Source of the DNA: Nitrospira sp.
Lineage (GTDB): Bacteria > Nitrospirota > Nitrospiria > SBBL01 > JAADHI01
Assembly: GCA_027020665.1 (NCBI GenBank)
Contig: JALUVJ010000093.1
Location: forward strand, 5,795 to 69,794
Length of the DNA: 64,000 nt
Direction: 5' to 3'
Of this stretch, positions 33,872 to 44,787 are shown one piece after another. The first letter of the stretch is position 1, and each line of letters begins with the position of its first letter. The position numbers and the translations under genes are program-made. The notes under the pieces are model-generated. The model was not told the DNA's origin. It ran no database searches and saw nothing but the letters and a program-made list of their open reading frames with translations.

Positions 33872-34882
33872 TCATGTCCTTCTGCCGGTAGAAAAATGAT
33901 CGTATCCCTTCGGGACAATTTTTCGGGTGCTTCCATCGGCCGCCCGTATACGCATGCCTTCTCTTTTTAAGAGGATCGTTCCAATGCGTGTGGCCTGAAT
34001 GCGGCCGGTTTTAATCAGGTGTTTCAATTTTTTTTCTTTGTTTTCAGGCACGGAAAAAAGCAATTCGTAGTCTTCTCCCCCGTAGAGCGCAAAATCGAGT
34101 GCGCTCACCTTGTTTTGTTTTGCATAGCGTTTAAGCGCGGGAGAAAGCGGAATCCGGCTAAGATCAAGCGCCGCGCCGACACCGCTTTGTATTAGGACAT
34201 GGTTGAGGTCGGCTGTCAGTCCGTCCGAAAGATCAATCATGGACGATGCCCCGGCCCGGACGATGATCGGCCCTTCTACCGTGCGGGCCTTTGGAAGCCG
34301 GTGTCTTCGGATTAAAGCGGTGTTTCCCCTGATCGCCCGACCTTTTTTTAAACAATCGAGACCCGCCGCCGCGTCACCCAGTGTGCCGGTGACATAAATG
34401 GCATCTCCGGGTTTTGCGCCGCTGCGCCGAATCATCTGATTTTTTACAACTTCTCCGTAGAGCGTGATGGAAATGAAAAAAGGACCCTGAGTGCATGTGG
34501 TATTTCCACCAATGAGCGCAATATTGGCCGCGCGGCCGGCCTTGGCAATACCGCGATAGAGCTGTTTTAAATCAGGCAGTGCCATGTCGTCCGGAATGCC
34601 GAGCGATATTAAAAAAGCGCGCGGCCGACCGCCCATCGCGGCGATGTCACTTAAATTCACAGCCACGGCCTTCATCCCGACCTGCTCAAAAGAGCTGTAG
34701 TTGCGACTGAAGTGTGTGCCTGAAATGAGAGTGTCGGTGGTCAGGAGGCCGTAGATGCCCCGGCCGGGTTTGAAGGCCGCCGCATCATCTCCGATGCCGA
34801 GCGAGACAAAGGCCTGTGAGGTGGAAAACTGTTTCCGTATCTGCGCAATAAAGCCGAATTCACCGATTTCCGCCAAGGGCAT
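33872..34882 (-). CDS. thiL: thiamine-monophosphate kinase
   Basis: GEFGFIAQI...GIGDDAAAF...[13 protein letters not shown] is AIR-synthase-related PurM-like. Its ATG shares one nucleotide with the lon stop. Confidence 0.9.
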   Translation of the reverse strand: MPLAEIGEFGFIAQIRKQFSTSQAFVSLGIGDDAAAFKPGRGIYGLLTTDTLISGTHFSRNYSSFEQVGMKAVAVNLSDIAAMGGRPRAFLISLGIPDDMALPDLKQLYRGIAKAGRAANIALIGGNTTCTQGPFFISITLYGEVVKNQMIRRSGAKPGDAIYVTGTLGDAAAGLDCLKKGRAIRGNTALIRRHRLPKARTVEGPIIVRAGASSMIDLSDGLTADLNHVLIQSGVGAALDLSRIPLSPALKRYAKQNKVSALDFALYGGEDYELLFSVPENKEKKLKHLIKTGRIQATRIGTILLKREGMRIRAADGSTRKIVPKGYDHFSTGRRT

Positions 34883-37308
34883 CAGGAGGCTCTTGCGGTC
34901 GCCCGGGGCCTTTTCACGGTCTTATTGGATTTGGCCGAAGCCGGTTTTTTAGGCCCTCTTTTTTTACGGAAAACATGTTTGAAAACGGTATCAACTTGCT
35001 CGGCAAAAACAAATTCAAGGCCTTTTTGCAGATGTTTGGGCACTTCTTCAAGATCTTTTTCGTTCCGCTTCGGGAAGATGATGGTCTTCATGCCTGCGCG
35101 TTTTGCCGCCAAAATTTTTTCTTTCAGGCCGCCGATGGGCAAGACCCGGCCCCGGAGTGTGATTTCTCCGGTCATGGCAACATCCCGTCGCACCGGCACC
35201 CCCGTAAAGGCCGAAGTGAGGGCCGTTGCCAGGGTGATACCCGCAGAAGGGCCGTCTTTTGGAATTGCACCCGCCGGCACGTGGATGTGGATGTCGTTTT
35301 TTGCAAAAAGTGCGGGTTTGATTTTGAGGGCTTTTTCCTGAGAACGAATATAGGAAAGAGCGGCTTGTGCGGACTCTTTCATGACCTTACCCAGAGAACC
35401 CGTGAGAATTAATTCCCCTTTGCCCTTCATGAGCGTGGCTTCGATCTGCAAAACGTCTCCACCGGTGGGCGTCCAGGCCAGACCCGTTGCGACGCCGATG
35501 CTATCCGATTCGGCCTCCGCTTCGGGAATAAATTTTGGAATACCCAGAAATTGATGCAGGTTTGAAGGCGTGACACGAATGACTTTTTTTCCGCCTTCGG
35601 CGATTTTACGTGCGATTTTGCGAAGCACGCGGGCGATTTCCCGCTCCAGATTTCGCACACCGGCTTCCCGGGTGTAATGGGTGACGATCTGATCCAGGGC
35701 GGCATCCGAAATTTTGACGAGGGCGGGGGCGGTGCCGTGTTCTTCCAGTTGCCGGGGCAGGAGAAAGTTTTTTGCAATGCCGACTTTTTCTTCCACGGTG
35801 TAGCCCGAAAGCTCGATCATCTCCATCCGGTCGCGAAGAGGAAGCGGAATCGGGTCAATCTGATTCGCCGTGGTGATAAACATGACGTTTGAAAGATTAA
35901 AAGGCACACCCAGGTAGTGATCCGAAAAACTGTGATTCTGTTCGGGGTCGAGCACTTCCAGGAGCGCGGAGGAGGGGTCGCCGCGAAAGTCGGTACCGAT
36001 TTTATCAATTTCGTCCATCATAAAAACGGGGTTGGCTGTGCCCGCCTGTTTCATGCCCTGAATCAAGCGTCCCGGCAATGCGCCGACATAGGTGCGCCGG
36101 TGGCCCCGGATTTCGGCCTCGTCATGCACACCGCCCAGGGAAATGCGGACAAATTTCCGTCCAAGGGATCGCGCGATGGATTTTCCGAGAGAGGTTTTAC
36201 CGACACCCGGCGGACCCACAAAACACAAAATCGGCCCTTTCAGTTTGCCTTTCATTTTTCTGACAGCGAGATATTCCAAAATACGTTCCTTGATGCGTTC
36301 CAGATCGTAATGGTCTTCGTCCAGAATTTTCTTCGCCGCGCTAATATCCAAGCGGTCTTTCGTTTGCTTGCTCCAAGGCAGTTCAACCATCCATTCCAAA
36401 TAGGTGCGTACAGTTACGGCTTCGGCGGCATCGGGATGCATGCGTTCCAGGCGACGGAGCTGTTTCATGGCTTCTTTTTCGACTTTTTTTGTCATTTTTG
36501 CTGCGGCGATTTTCTCCCGGAAATCGTCGATTTCTTCCGAGCGATCGTCTGATTCGCCCAGTTCTTTCTGAATGGCCTTGAGTTGTTCCCTAAGAAAATA
36601 TTCGCGTTGGACTTTGTCCATCTCTCCTTTGGCTTCGGACTGAATTTTTTGCTGCATGATTAAAACATGCAGTTCCTTGCCCAGGATATCACTGGCTTTT
36701 TTAAGTCGCTCAACCGGATCAATTGTCTCAAGCACGTCCTGCGCGACATCTACTTTAAGTCCCAGATTGGAAACCACAAGATCGGCGAGGCGGCCGGGAT
36801 CATCCAGGTTCTCAATCAGCGCGACCACGTCGGGCATGAGGAATTTTCCAAAGGAGATGGCTTTTTCCATTTGTTCTTTTACGGCGCGCACCGTGGCTTC
36901 AACTTCGGCTGAAATTTGCGTTAAGACGGGTTCTTCCAAGGTTTCGATCTCGACTTCGTAATAGGGCGCGGTTTGGGAAAAAGAAAGAATTTTGGCTTTT
37001 TTGATGCCCTGCACCAGGATTTTAATCCTGCCATCGGAGAGTCTGAGCATGCGCATGATGGTGCCCACGGTGCCCAGCGTGTAAATGTCCTTTGCTTTGG
37101 GGTCTTCCACGTCCAAAGATTTCTGGGCGGCGAGCAAGACCAATTTCTTCTCGGAAACGGCTTTTTCAATGGCCTTTACGGACAAGTCGCGGCCGACAAA
37201 AAGCGGCAGCACCATCTGGGGAAAAACAACAATGTCCCGGACCGGCAACAAAGGCAGTTTGCCGGGAATTTTCGTTTTCACATTCTTTTTTTCAGGGGAT
37301 TCGGGCAC
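34882..37308 (-). CDS. lon: ATP-dependent Lon protease
   Basis: It has the LON N-domain, the Walker [10 protein letters not shown] and the catalytic DGPSAGIT...K. The start is GTG with GGAG 6 nt upstream. Confidence 0.95.
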   Translation of the reverse strand: MPESPEKKNVKTKIPGKLPLLPVRDIVVFPQMVLPLFVGRDLSVKAIEKAVSEKKLVLLAAQKSLDVEDPKAKDIYTLGTVGTIMRMLRLSDGRIKILVQGIKKAKILSFSQTAPYYEVEIETLEEPVLTQISAEVEATVRAVKEQMEKAISFGKFLMPDVVALIENLDDPGRLADLVVSNLGLKVDVAQDVLETIDPVERLKKASDILGKELHVLIMQQKIQSEAKGEMDKVQREYFLREQLKAIQKELGESDDRSEEIDDFREKIAAAKMTKKVEKEAMKQLRRLERMHPDAAEAVTVRTYLEWMVELPWSKQTKDRLDISAAKKILDEDHYDLERIKERILEYLAVRKMKGKLKGPILCFVGPPGVGKTSLGKSIARSLGRKFVRISLGGVHDEAEIRGHRRTYVGALPGRLIQGMKQAGTANPVFMMDEIDKIGTDFRGDPSSALLEVLDPEQNHSFSDHYLGVPFNLSNVMFITTANQIDPIPLPLRDRMEMIELSGYTVEEKVGIAKNFLLPRQLEEHGTAPALVKISDAALDQIVTHYTREAGVRNLEREIARVLRKIARKIAEGGKKVIRVTPSNLHQFLGIPKFIPEAEAESDSIGVATGLAWTPTGGDVLQIEATLMKGKGELILTGSLGKVMKESAQAALSYIRSQEKALKIKPALFAKNDIHIHVPAGAIPKDGPSAGITLATALTSAFTGVPVRRDVAMTGEITLRGRVLPIGGLKEKILAAKRAGMKTIIFPKRNEKDLEEVPKHLQKGLEFVFAEQVDTVFKHVFRKKRGPKKPASAKSNKTVKRPRATARAS

Positions 37309-37373
37309 AAAAAACTCCTTTTATAAGGACGGGGCTCCCTTGTAGTCGGTTCTAATTGAAATGCAATGGCAGA

Positions 37374-37403
37374 AAATAGGGCTTTGCGCTATTTTTTGTC
37401 AAC
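37374..37403 (-). promoter_or_regulatory. candidate heat-shock (sigma32-like) / sigma70 promoter for lon
   Basis: The minus strand reads TTGACAA-N14-CCCTATTT, compared with the E. coli sigma32 consensus CTTGAAA-N13-15-CCCCATNT. It can also be read as TTGACA-N19-TATTTT. It lies about 66 nt upstream of the lon start. Confidence 0.35.
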
Positions 37404-37405
37404 TC

Positions 37406-38290
37406 TTATAGGGACAGACCTTTCAAATAGGTTTTAAATGCTTTTCCTAAAGTCGGGTTCTTAAGCCCCATTTCGACGGTGGCTTGCAGGAAGCCGAGCT
37501 TATCCCCTGCATCATAGCGGTTGCCTTTGATCAGATAACCATACATGGTTCTAAAGGCGGAGAGGTCATTTAAGGCATCCGTGAGTTGAATCTCGTTGCC
37601 TTTCCCCGGTTTTGTCTTTTCAAGCATTTCGAATATTTCCGGGATGAGCAGATAACGACCGATGACGGCGAGGTTTGAAGGCGCCTCTTCGGCAGAAGGT
37701 TTTTCAACCAAGTGGTCGATTTTGTGCAGCCCATCAATGGCTTGCGAGGCATCCAGGATGCCGTACTGATGGACTTCGCTGTCGTTAACACGCTGCACGC
37801 CGATTAAAGGTGCGGGCGTGCGTTCATAGACATCAATCATTTGTTTCAAGGCGGGAGTGCGATGATCGACGATGTCGTCTCCAAGCAGGACGGCAAAGGC
37901 TTCGTCGCCAATCAGGTGTTTTGCGCACAAGAGCGCGTGCCCTAAGCCTTGCGGTTTGCTCTGCCGGATGAAACAAAAATCGGCCATCTCGGAAATCTTC
38001 CTTAAGCCCGGGATGTGATGCGCTTTGCCTGTTTGTTTTAGGGTTTCTTCCAGCTCGAATGAAATATCGAAATGGTCTTCAATCGCCCGTTTTCCCCGGC
38101 CGGTAATGATGATGATTTGACGAATTCCGGCGGAAACGGCTTCTTCGACGACATATTGGATCAGCGGTTTGTCCACAAGCGGTAACATTTCTTTAGGGGA
38201 TGCTTTGGTGGCCGGTAAAAAGCGTGTGCCCATACCGGCGGCGGGAATAACGGCTTTTGTAATCCTTTCTCTGCGCATTCTTTTCTCCAA
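37406..38290 (-). CDS. galU: UTP--glucose-1-phosphate uridylyltransferase
   Basis: KAVIPAAGMGTRFLPATKASPKEMLPLVDKPLIQY is the canonical GalU N-terminus. Confidence 0.95.
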   Translation of the reverse strand: MEKRMRRERITKAVIPAAGMGTRFLPATKASPKEMLPLVDKPLIQYVVEEAVSAGIRQIIIITGRGKRAIEDHFDISFELEETLKQTGKAHHIPGLRKISEMADFCFIRQSKPQGLGHALLCAKHLIGDEAFAVLLGDDIVDHRTPALKQMIDVYERTPAPLIGVQRVNDSEVHQYGILDASQAIDGLHKIDHLVEKPSAEEAPSNLAVIGRYLLIPEIFEMLEKTKPGKGNEIQLTDALNDLSAFRTMYGYLIKGNRYDAGDKLGFLQATVEMGLKNPTLGKAFKTYLKGLSL

Positions 38291-38376
38291 GGTGAAATTT
38301 TATTCGGCCTGCGTCGACAAAGTCAAGGAGAAGCGTTCGCCTAAATTCCGCAATCGCGGATTTTAGAGCTCGGCTT

Positions 38377-39039
38377 TCAGGCAGGGGTTTCGGGTTCTAT
38401 ATCAGCGGCTTTTTTCAAAAGCCGCTGATATATTGCGTGCACTTCGTCTTTCAGTGCATCAAGGGATTTATTGTTGTCAATGATTTCATCGGCAAAGCGG
38501 CGCTTTTCATCGAGCGGCATTTGCGCCGCAATGCGAAGCGTCGCTTCGGCGGGTGTAAGTCCCCGGTGCCGGATAAGGCGCCGGTGTTGTGTTTTACGAT
38601 CAACATAGACGAGGAGGACCCGGTCCATTTTTTTATAGGCTTGCGTTTCGATAAGCAAGGGCGCATCGAAGATAAGAACGCGATGCGGCGCTTCGCGGGC
38701 AATACGTTGTTTTTCAGTATCAAGTTGCGCGAAGACAAGGGGATGCAGGATTTGATTTAAATGTTCACGTGCTTGCGCATCTTTAAATACGATGTTTCCC
38801 AGCTTTTTTCGGTTAATTTCACCCTCTGAATTCAGGATTTGTGTGCCGAACGCGGAAATCACCTTTGAATAAGCTTTGTGCCCTTTAAGGATGAGTGTAT
38901 GGCAGATCTCATCTGCATCCACGATAACGGCGCCTTCTTTCTGTAAAAATCCGGAGACAATGCTTTTCCCGCTTGCAATACCGCCTGTCAAACCGACTAA
39001 AATCACCCCCGCCCTCCGTTTATTTTCAAAAGGCATCAT
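38377..39039 (-). CDS. coaE: dephospho-CoA kinase
   Basis: It has the P-loop GLTGGIASGKS and a CoaE-type layout. Confidence 0.9.
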   Translation of the reverse strand: MMPFENKRRAGVILVGLTGGIASGKSIVSGFLQKEGAVIVDADEICHTLILKGHKAYSKVISAFGTQILNSEGEINRKKLGNIVFKDAQAREHLNQILHPLVFAQLDTEKQRIAREAPHRVLIFDAPLLIETQAYKKMDRVLLVYVDRKTQHRRLIRHRGLTPAEATLRIAAQMPLDEKRRFADEIIDNNKSLDALKDEVHAIYQRLLKKAADIEPETPA

Positions 39040-39128
39040 AGCACAGCGGATGCGGTTTCCCCCAAGTCATCGGGAAGCATCCTTCGGGAAATCAAACATA
39101 AGGAAGCCCAGATGAAGTCTGGGTTTCC

Positions 39129-39527
39129 TTAACGGCCCTGCATACGAATGATGATAAAAATCGCCAGGGTCGAGATGTGGTAGTTGATGATGCCTTGCAA
39201 GGCTTGCAGCTGTTCATCCGTTGTCGCGACGAGTTCCGGAAAACCTGCATAAAGCGCCAGTTGCGAAAAAGCGGTGATAAAAAAAAGGATGATGCCCCAG
39301 GAGCGGCGCATCCAAAGCCCGACTGCGCTGAAGGCAAATAGTTGCGCATAAATGAGGCTTGCGGTTTTTGCCTCCCCCGTCAGATCTTCCAGCGGGATCT
39401 GACCGTATCCGAGCAAGTTGGCAAAATGCAGCCCGGACAAGGCCAGATAAGTGACGCCAAGCAGCCGCAGGTAGATGCCCATCCAGGGGGTTTCACCGGC
39501 CCGGAGTAATGCCTTGAGTTTATTCAT
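39129..39527 (-). CDS. hypothetical integral membrane protein
   Basis: 132 aa with about 4 hydrophobic segments. I recognised no family. Confidence 0.6.
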   Translation of the reverse strand: MNKLKALLRAGETPWMGIYLRLLGVTYLALSGLHFANLLGYGQIPLEDLTGEAKTASLIYAQLFAFSAVGLWMRRSWGIILFFITAFSQLALYAGFPELVATTDEQLQALQGIINYHISTLAIFIIIRMQGR

Positions 39528-39606
39528 GTGTGTTTCCTGTCGTCCCCCGGATTTTTATCGTGCACATCTTAACGGGCTGTTCCCGGATTATCAATCGTAA
39601 AAAGCC

Positions 39607-40176
39607 TTAAAAAAAGAGGACCATCCCGCCCGAAAAAAGATGAATGTCTGAGGTATTCCGGTCCCCGATGTCCGAAAACTGTTCCCACATCGCCCGCAAG
39701 CGCATGTCTTCTGTGAACCGAAAAACCATGCCGGCGCCAAAGGTGAAATCCGTACCGTCTTGTGTTTGCCTTTGTGTTGCAAACCTCCCGAAACGCGCGG
39801 CTTCGATCTGCCACCGAAACAACCCGGCCTTGGCGAAAAAATCGAATTTTTTTGAAAGCGGTACGGTCCCTGCGCCTGAAAGCGTGAAGCCTTCGATTCT
39901 GGCAGTGATGGACGGTGTGCCGCTTGAGGACAGCGCAGCGGTGACTTGGCCCAGATCGACATATGCGGCTTCAAGACCCCAGTGCCGTGAAATTTGAAAG
40001 CCGCCGAAGACCTTCAGTCCAACATCGCTGTCGTCGCAGTCCGAGCGGACGCGCTTGCAAGCCTCGGAAACCGTTGTTTCCCCCAGCGCGATGCCCGCGT
40101 AAAAACGGCCTGCGGCTTCGGCACTGACGACAGACATCAAGAAAATCAGGGTGAAAATCAGGTGGCGTTTTTTCAT
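39607..40176 (-). CDS. small outer-membrane beta-barrel protein (OmpA-N/OmpW-like, 8-strand type)
   Basis: It has a signal peptide MKKRHLIFTLIFLMSVVSAEA, an alternating strand pattern and a C-terminal ...GGMVLFF. Confidence 0.75.
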   Translation of the reverse strand: MKKRHLIFTLIFLMSVVSAEAAGRFYAGIALGETTVSEACKRVRSDCDDSDVGLKVFGGFQISRHWGLEAAYVDLGQVTAALSSSGTPSITARIEGFTLSGAGTVPLSKKFDFFAKAGLFRWQIEAARFGRFATQRQTQDGTDFTFGAGMVFRFTEDMRLRAMWEQFSDIGDRNTSDIHLFSGGMVLFF

Positions 40177-40440
40177 GAGACCCTGTATGGATTTTTGTTG
40201 CGGTTATTATATTCTATTGCGTTTTCGGGAGTTATCCGAAAGACACCTCTTTTTTGACTTTTTTCATTAGGGCTGCAATCATATCAAAAAACCCTGAACA
40301 TCGCCGTGCGATGTTCAGGAATGAGACATTCCGCCTTTTTTGAGATGGATGTGAGTAAACAGGAAGACGATACAGAAGGCAAAAGTCCCGATCGCGGGCT
40401 GCGAGGCTGCGGTACCTCAGAAAATAAGGAGAGGTTCTCC

Positions 40441-41244
40441 GTGACGGATCTTGAGAAAAAAGAACGCATTCAGGCGATTTTTAATGATGTTGCAAAGCGA
40501 TATGACGGCAACCGTTTTTTTTCGATTTCAGCCGAACACCTCTTGGATTGCGCGAATTTTGAAGGGGAGGGCCGCATGCTCGATGTTTGCACGGGCACGG
40601 GAAGCGTTGCCCTGTATGCCGCGCAACGTTGGCCGGATTTAAATATCAAAGGCCTTGATTTGTCCGAAGGCATGCTGTCTCAAGCCCGAAAAAAGGCCCG
40701 AAATCTGGGCTTAAAAAACATCGATTTTGTACGACAGGACGCCGAAACCCTGACAGAAGATGCAGCAGGTTTTGCGCTGATTACCTGCGCCTACGGGCTT
40801 TTTTTCTTCCCCGACATTGAAGGCACCTTCAGAAAAATCGTGGGTCGGCTCAAACCCGGCGGGGTTTTTGTTTTTTCCAGTTTTACAAAAACCGCCTTTA
40901 GCCCTTATAACGACCTGTTTCTTGAACAGTTAAAACCCTACGGCATAGAACCACCCAAACCTGTAATAACACGCCTGCAAAGTCCGGAGGAAATTCGGGA
41001 CTTGTGTCATGCCGCAGGGGTGGACGATGTGGATATTGTCTGCCGCAAAATCCGCTATGCAATCACTTTGCACGATTGGTGGGCCTTGATCTGCAGCGCG
41101 GGATACAAAGGTTTATTGGATGAATTGGGGCCGGAGCGCCTGCCTGCTTTCAAAACGGCGCATTTTGAAGCACTCGAAAAAATCGCTCCGAAAGGAACAC
41201 TCCTGTTAATCGCGGATTCCCTGTACGGCATTGTGCGTCAATAA
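40441..41244 (+). CDS. class I SAM-dependent methyltransferase
   Basis: It has MLDVCTGTGSVAL and GLDLSEGML. I chose the GTG at 40441 because AGGAGAGG lies 7 nt upstream and the N-terminus IQAIFNDVAKRYD fits the family. The track ATG at 40306 would add 45 implausible residues. Confidence 0.8.
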   Translation: MTDLEKKERIQAIFNDVAKRYDGNRFFSISAEHLLDCANFEGEGRMLDVCTGTGSVALYAAQRWPDLNIKGLDLSEGMLSQARKKARNLGLKNIDFVRQDAETLTEDAAGFALITCAYGLFFFPDIEGTFRKIVGRLKPGGVFVFSSFTKTAFSPYNDLFLEQLKPYGIEPPKPVITRLQSPEEIRDLCHAAGVDDVDIVCRKIRYAITLHDWWALICSAGYKGLLDELGPERLPAFKTAHFEALEKIAPKGTLLLIADSLYGIVRQ

Positions 41245-41282
41245 GAAGCACAAGCGGCCCGCTTAAAATTAAGGATAAACAC

Positions 41283-41861
41283 ATGCGCATTTCAAAAGTC
41301 TACACCCGCACCGGAGACAAAGGCACCACCCGCTTGGCGGGCGGCCAGAAAATCGCCAAAGATCATCTTCGTATTGAAACCTACGGCACGGTCGATGAAC
41401 TCAATTCAATCGTCGGTTTGGCGCGGGCTTTTAATGAAAACGGCGGCCTCGCCGAAACCGCAAAACTGGATGAATGGCTGCACACGATTCAAGACCGGCT
41501 CTTTGATATTGGCAGCATCCTGGCAACACCGCCGGGCCGGGAATCCGCAGCGATGAAAACGATTTTGTCCAAAGAAATTACGGCTTTGGAACAATTAATG
41601 GATGACTGCCAGAAGAAACTAAACCCGCTGAAAGAATTCATCCTGCCCGGCGGCGGAAAAGTCGGAGCTTTTTTACATCAAAGCCGCACAGTCTGCCGAA
41701 GAGCCGAGCGCCTCTGCGTGCGGCTCAATAAAGAAGAGCCCGTGCCGGAGGAAGTTTTACGTTACATCAATCGCCTGAGCGATGCTTTTTTCGTGCTCTC
41801 TCGCTGGATCGCGCAAGCGCAAAATGAAAATGAAACCCTCTGGCAACGGCATAAAGGCTGA
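41283..41861 (+). CDS. pduO: ATP:cob(I)alamin adenosyltransferase, PduO type
   Basis: VYTRTGDKGTTRL...YGTVDELNSIVG...LPGG matches the PduO/MMAB N-terminal domain. Confidence 0.9.
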   Translation: MRISKVYTRTGDKGTTRLAGGQKIAKDHLRIETYGTVDELNSIVGLARAFNENGGLAETAKLDEWLHTIQDRLFDIGSILATPPGRESAAMKTILSKEITALEQLMDDCQKKLNPLKEFILPGGGKVGAFLHQSRTVCRRAERLCVRLNKEEPVPEEVLRYINRLSDAFFVLSRWIAQAQNENETLWQRHKG

Positions 41862-41933
41862 GTGAGCGATGCGCCGCCCATTCTCACACATCTTTTTGTG
41901 TGCTAACATGTGTTAATGGAAGTGTGAAAGATA

Positions 41934-42029
41934 GCAACAAATCTTGCAATTGATACCGCACTTATTGAGCAGGCATTAACGCTCGAGGGGCTTAAAACCA
42001 ATAAAGACGCCGATTTTTACGACCGATAA
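41934..42029 (+). pseudogene. remnant of a VapB/DUF2191-type (RHH) antitoxin gene
   Basis: It reads ATNLAIDTALIEQALTLEGLKTNKDADFYDR*, matching the usual M.TN..ID..L...AL...GLKTK.EAV start of this family. It is truncated after about 31 codons. An ATG at 41916 is followed by an in-frame TGA at 41925. No toxin gene follows. Confidence 0.45.
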
Positions 42030-42077
42030 GGATTTTTATTTGTATCGGCAACACATTCCAATCCGGTACTACCGACA

Positions 42078-43610
42078 ATGAGAACAAAACCCCAATTCCT
42101 CATGATTCAAGGTACGGGCTCTCACGTCGGCAAGAGTGTCATCACGGCTGCGCTTTGCCGGATTTTTGCAAATCAGGGTCTTCGTATTGCGCCTTTTAAA
42201 GCACAAAACATGGCGCTTAATTCCTATGTGACGTCGGACGGATGTGAAGTAGGCCGCTCGACGGCGCTGCAAGCGATGGCCGCGCGCACGGCACTGACCA
42301 TCGAAATGAACCCCATCTTGCTCAAACCCACGGCGGAGAAAAACGCGCAGTTGATTTTAAAAGGAAAACCTTATGCGGATGTGGCCGCCTTGGATCAATT
42401 TCATCAAAACAAGGCCCTTCGGGCTTTAAAGTGGGATGTGATTCGGGATGCCTTGTCTGTCTTATCGGAGGACTACGACCTGATTGTTATCGAAGGTGCG
42501 GGCAGTCCGGCGGAGGTAAATCTGCGTGAATTTGATATTGTGAATATGGAAGTCGCACGGCATACAGGTGCGCCCGTACTCTTGGTGACGGATATCGACA
42601 AAGGCGGCAGCCTTGCGTCTTTGGTGGGCACGCTGGAACTCTTGCCCGAAGCGGAACGTGCGCACGTGCAGGGTTTTATCTTTAATAAGTTTCGGGGCGA
42701 TGCACGCCTTTTTGATGCGGCGATTGAATTTATGACGAACAAAACCGGCTGCCCCACGCTCGGCCTTATCCCCTTTGATACGACGCTCAATCTCATGGAA
42801 GAAGACGCCTTGCGTTGGGAAAACCATGTGAACGGTGATCCTGAAATTGATATTGCCATCATTGCGCATCCTTATCTTTCCAATTTTACGGATTTTGATC
42901 CTTTGATGCTGGAGCCGGGAGTCATGCTGCGATTTGTACGTTCGGCAGCGCAATTGGGTCAACCCGATGCCGTAATCCTGCCCGGCTCCAAAAATACGAT
43001 GGGCGATTTGCAACAGCTTGTTCATTCGGGATTGGCGCAATGCATTCAAGATCTTGCGAAAGAAGGCCTGCCGATTGTCGGGATTTGCGGCGGTTATCAG
43101 ATGCTGGGCAGGGAATTATTTGATCCGGACGAGGTCGAATCGAATCAGGCGGTGATCGAAGGACTTGCATTGCTCGATATCGTAACCGAATTTCAAAAAG
43201 AAAAAATCACCCGACAGGTTAAGCTGCACTTGTCCGGGCAGCCGCCTTTTTTTGAGGATGCGGAGGAAACGGTTGCAGGTTATGAAATTCACTGCGGCCG
43301 GACACAACCGGTGAGCGCGATTAGCAATCCCGCTTTTTTCAGCCCCTTGTCTCAAGCGGAGGAAGGGGCCGTGAGCGATGACGGGTTGATTTTCGGCACG
43401 GCCCTGCACGGTCTTTTCGAAAATGACCTTTTTCGACGACGTTTTGTGAACGTGCTGCGCATCCGAAAGGGTTTGCCCCCTTTGCCCAAAGCCCTTGTTT
43501 CATTTCGAAATATTGAAGAAGAACAGATTGAAAACTGGGCGAGCTTCGTCGCGGCGCATTTGAATTTGGAAAAATTACAGTTGATTTTGGATGATTTTAG
43601 GAAGCTCTGA
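42078..43610 (+). CDS. cobQ: cobyric acid synthase
   Basis: The N-terminal part (GTGSHVGKSV...APFKAQNM) is CobQ/CobB/MinD/ParA-like. The C-terminal GATase has PGSKNT...GICGGYQMLG. Confidence 0.95.
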   Translation: MRTKPQFLMIQGTGSHVGKSVITAALCRIFANQGLRIAPFKAQNMALNSYVTSDGCEVGRSTALQAMAARTALTIEMNPILLKPTAEKNAQLILKGKPYADVAALDQFHQNKALRALKWDVIRDALSVLSEDYDLIVIEGAGSPAEVNLREFDIVNMEVARHTGAPVLLVTDIDKGGSLASLVGTLELLPEAERAHVQGFIFNKFRGDARLFDAAIEFMTNKTGCPTLGLIPFDTTLNLMEEDALRWENHVNGDPEIDIAIIAHPYLSNFTDFDPLMLEPGVMLRFVRSAAQLGQPDAVILPGSKNTMGDLQQLVHSGLAQCIQDLAKEGLPIVGICGGYQMLGRELFDPDEVESNQAVIEGLALLDIVTEFQKEKITRQVKLHLSGQPPFFEDAEETVAGYEIHCGRTQPVSAISNPAFFSPLSQAEEGAVSDDGLIFGTALHGLFENDLFRRRFVNVLRIRKGLPPLPKALVSFRNIEEEQIENWASFVAAHLNLEKLQLILDDFRKL

Positions 43611-43766
43611 TAAAGTCCGCTCTCTTTTTGTAGTTTTTCAATGTTTCTTGCTCTTCATCTTTTCTCTCGTTTCTTTCCTCAAGTTTTAAAGCCGACACAC
43701 CGATAAAAGACACAGAGACAAACATTTAAATCGAACCCTTCGGGGTTTTTGTAAGGAGTGTCTGTT

Positions 43767-44702
43767 ATGGCGTCGATCTCGCACCAGTTGCCCGATTTTT
43801 CATCTTTTAATCCGTTGCTCTCGAATAGAGAGTCCTCCAATAAAACACAATCTTCCAGCGCCGCGCTGCAAGTCCGGCAAAGCTCGGACATCACACTCTT
43901 TACGGAGGAGGGCGACAAGGTCACGCTTTCTTCCGCCTCACGTTTTGAAGCCGGTTATGCCATCTATTCCAGTCAGGGCGTGATTGACGGCAAGGCCTCT
44001 CAGGTGGATGCGGAAGCCTTTTCCGTGAGCAAAGCGTCTGTTTTTGAACTTTCTGTTGAGGGCGATCTCAACAAGCAAGAGTTGAAAGACATCGAAAAAG
44101 CCCTGAAGACGATTGAAAAACTCACGACGGATTTCTTTTCCGGAAACACGGATAAAGCCGTCGATCGCGCAAGCCGCATTGCAAAACTCGATTCCATCGC
44201 AAGTTTTGAAGCCGTGTTGCAATACAGTAAAAGTCTTTCCGCCAAAGCGGCGGTAACCGAAACGGCCCCCGCACAACCTGAAATCTCCCCGCAGACGCCA
44301 CCTCTTGATTCGTTTGTTGCACCTCCGGAAGCACTCCCACTTCCCGAGGTCTTGCAGCAAACGAAGGCGACGCATAACGCTCCTCCAATCCCGGGGCCAC
44401 TCTCTACAGCAAAACCATCGACTGAGCCGTCTGAGCAGGTAAAACCCTTGCTTGAAGAGATGAGCGATGCGGTTTTAGACAGCCAGGTTGCGCCCTCTAA
44501 AATCGCAAATCAACTGGATGCTTTTTTAGACCGCCTCTTCGTGAAACTCGCACGCGGCGACCGAATGGATCTTCAGGACTTGAAGCTGGCCAAAGAAATT
44601 CAGCTTGAATTCTCCTCTAAGATGACAGAGGCGGCTGAGGCGGAAGCCGGCGAACAAACAGCAGAAGTTGAAAATCATAAAGAATCTCACAGCGAATCTT
44701 AA
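43767..44702 (+). CDS. hypothetical acidic Ser/Ala/Pro/Glu-rich protein
   Basis: The ATG at 43767 has AGGAG 8 nt upstream; the track start is 43758. I saw no TM segment or signal peptide and recognised no family. Confidence 0.6.
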   Translation: MASISHQLPDFSSFNPLLSNRESSNKTQSSSAALQVRQSSDITLFTEEGDKVTLSSASRFEAGYAIYSSQGVIDGKASQVDAEAFSVSKASVFELSVEGDLNKQELKDIEKALKTIEKLTTDFFSGNTDKAVDRASRIAKLDSIASFEAVLQYSKSLSAKAAVTETAPAQPEISPQTPPLDSFVAPPEALPLPEVLQQTKATHNAPPIPGPLSTAKPSTEPSEQVKPLLEEMSDAVLDSQVAPSKIANQLDAFLDRLFVKLARGDRMDLQDLKLAKEIQLEFSSKMTEAAEAEAGEQTAEVENHKESHSES

Positions 44703-44787
44703 TCGGTACTTCATTAAAGCGGATATTTTTATAAATGTGTTGTTGCCGGGGCGTGTTGGTCCGCGTCTTTAAGAAAAAGGGCTTAAG

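Noticed and set aside
40306-40440. The upstream ATG (40306) given by the ORF track for the second methyltransferase.
   Set aside because: - The extra 45 residues (MRCSGMRHSAFFEMDVSKQEDD...) look non-protein-like.
- A GTG at 40441 has a strong AGGAGAGG site and gives the family-typical N-terminus.
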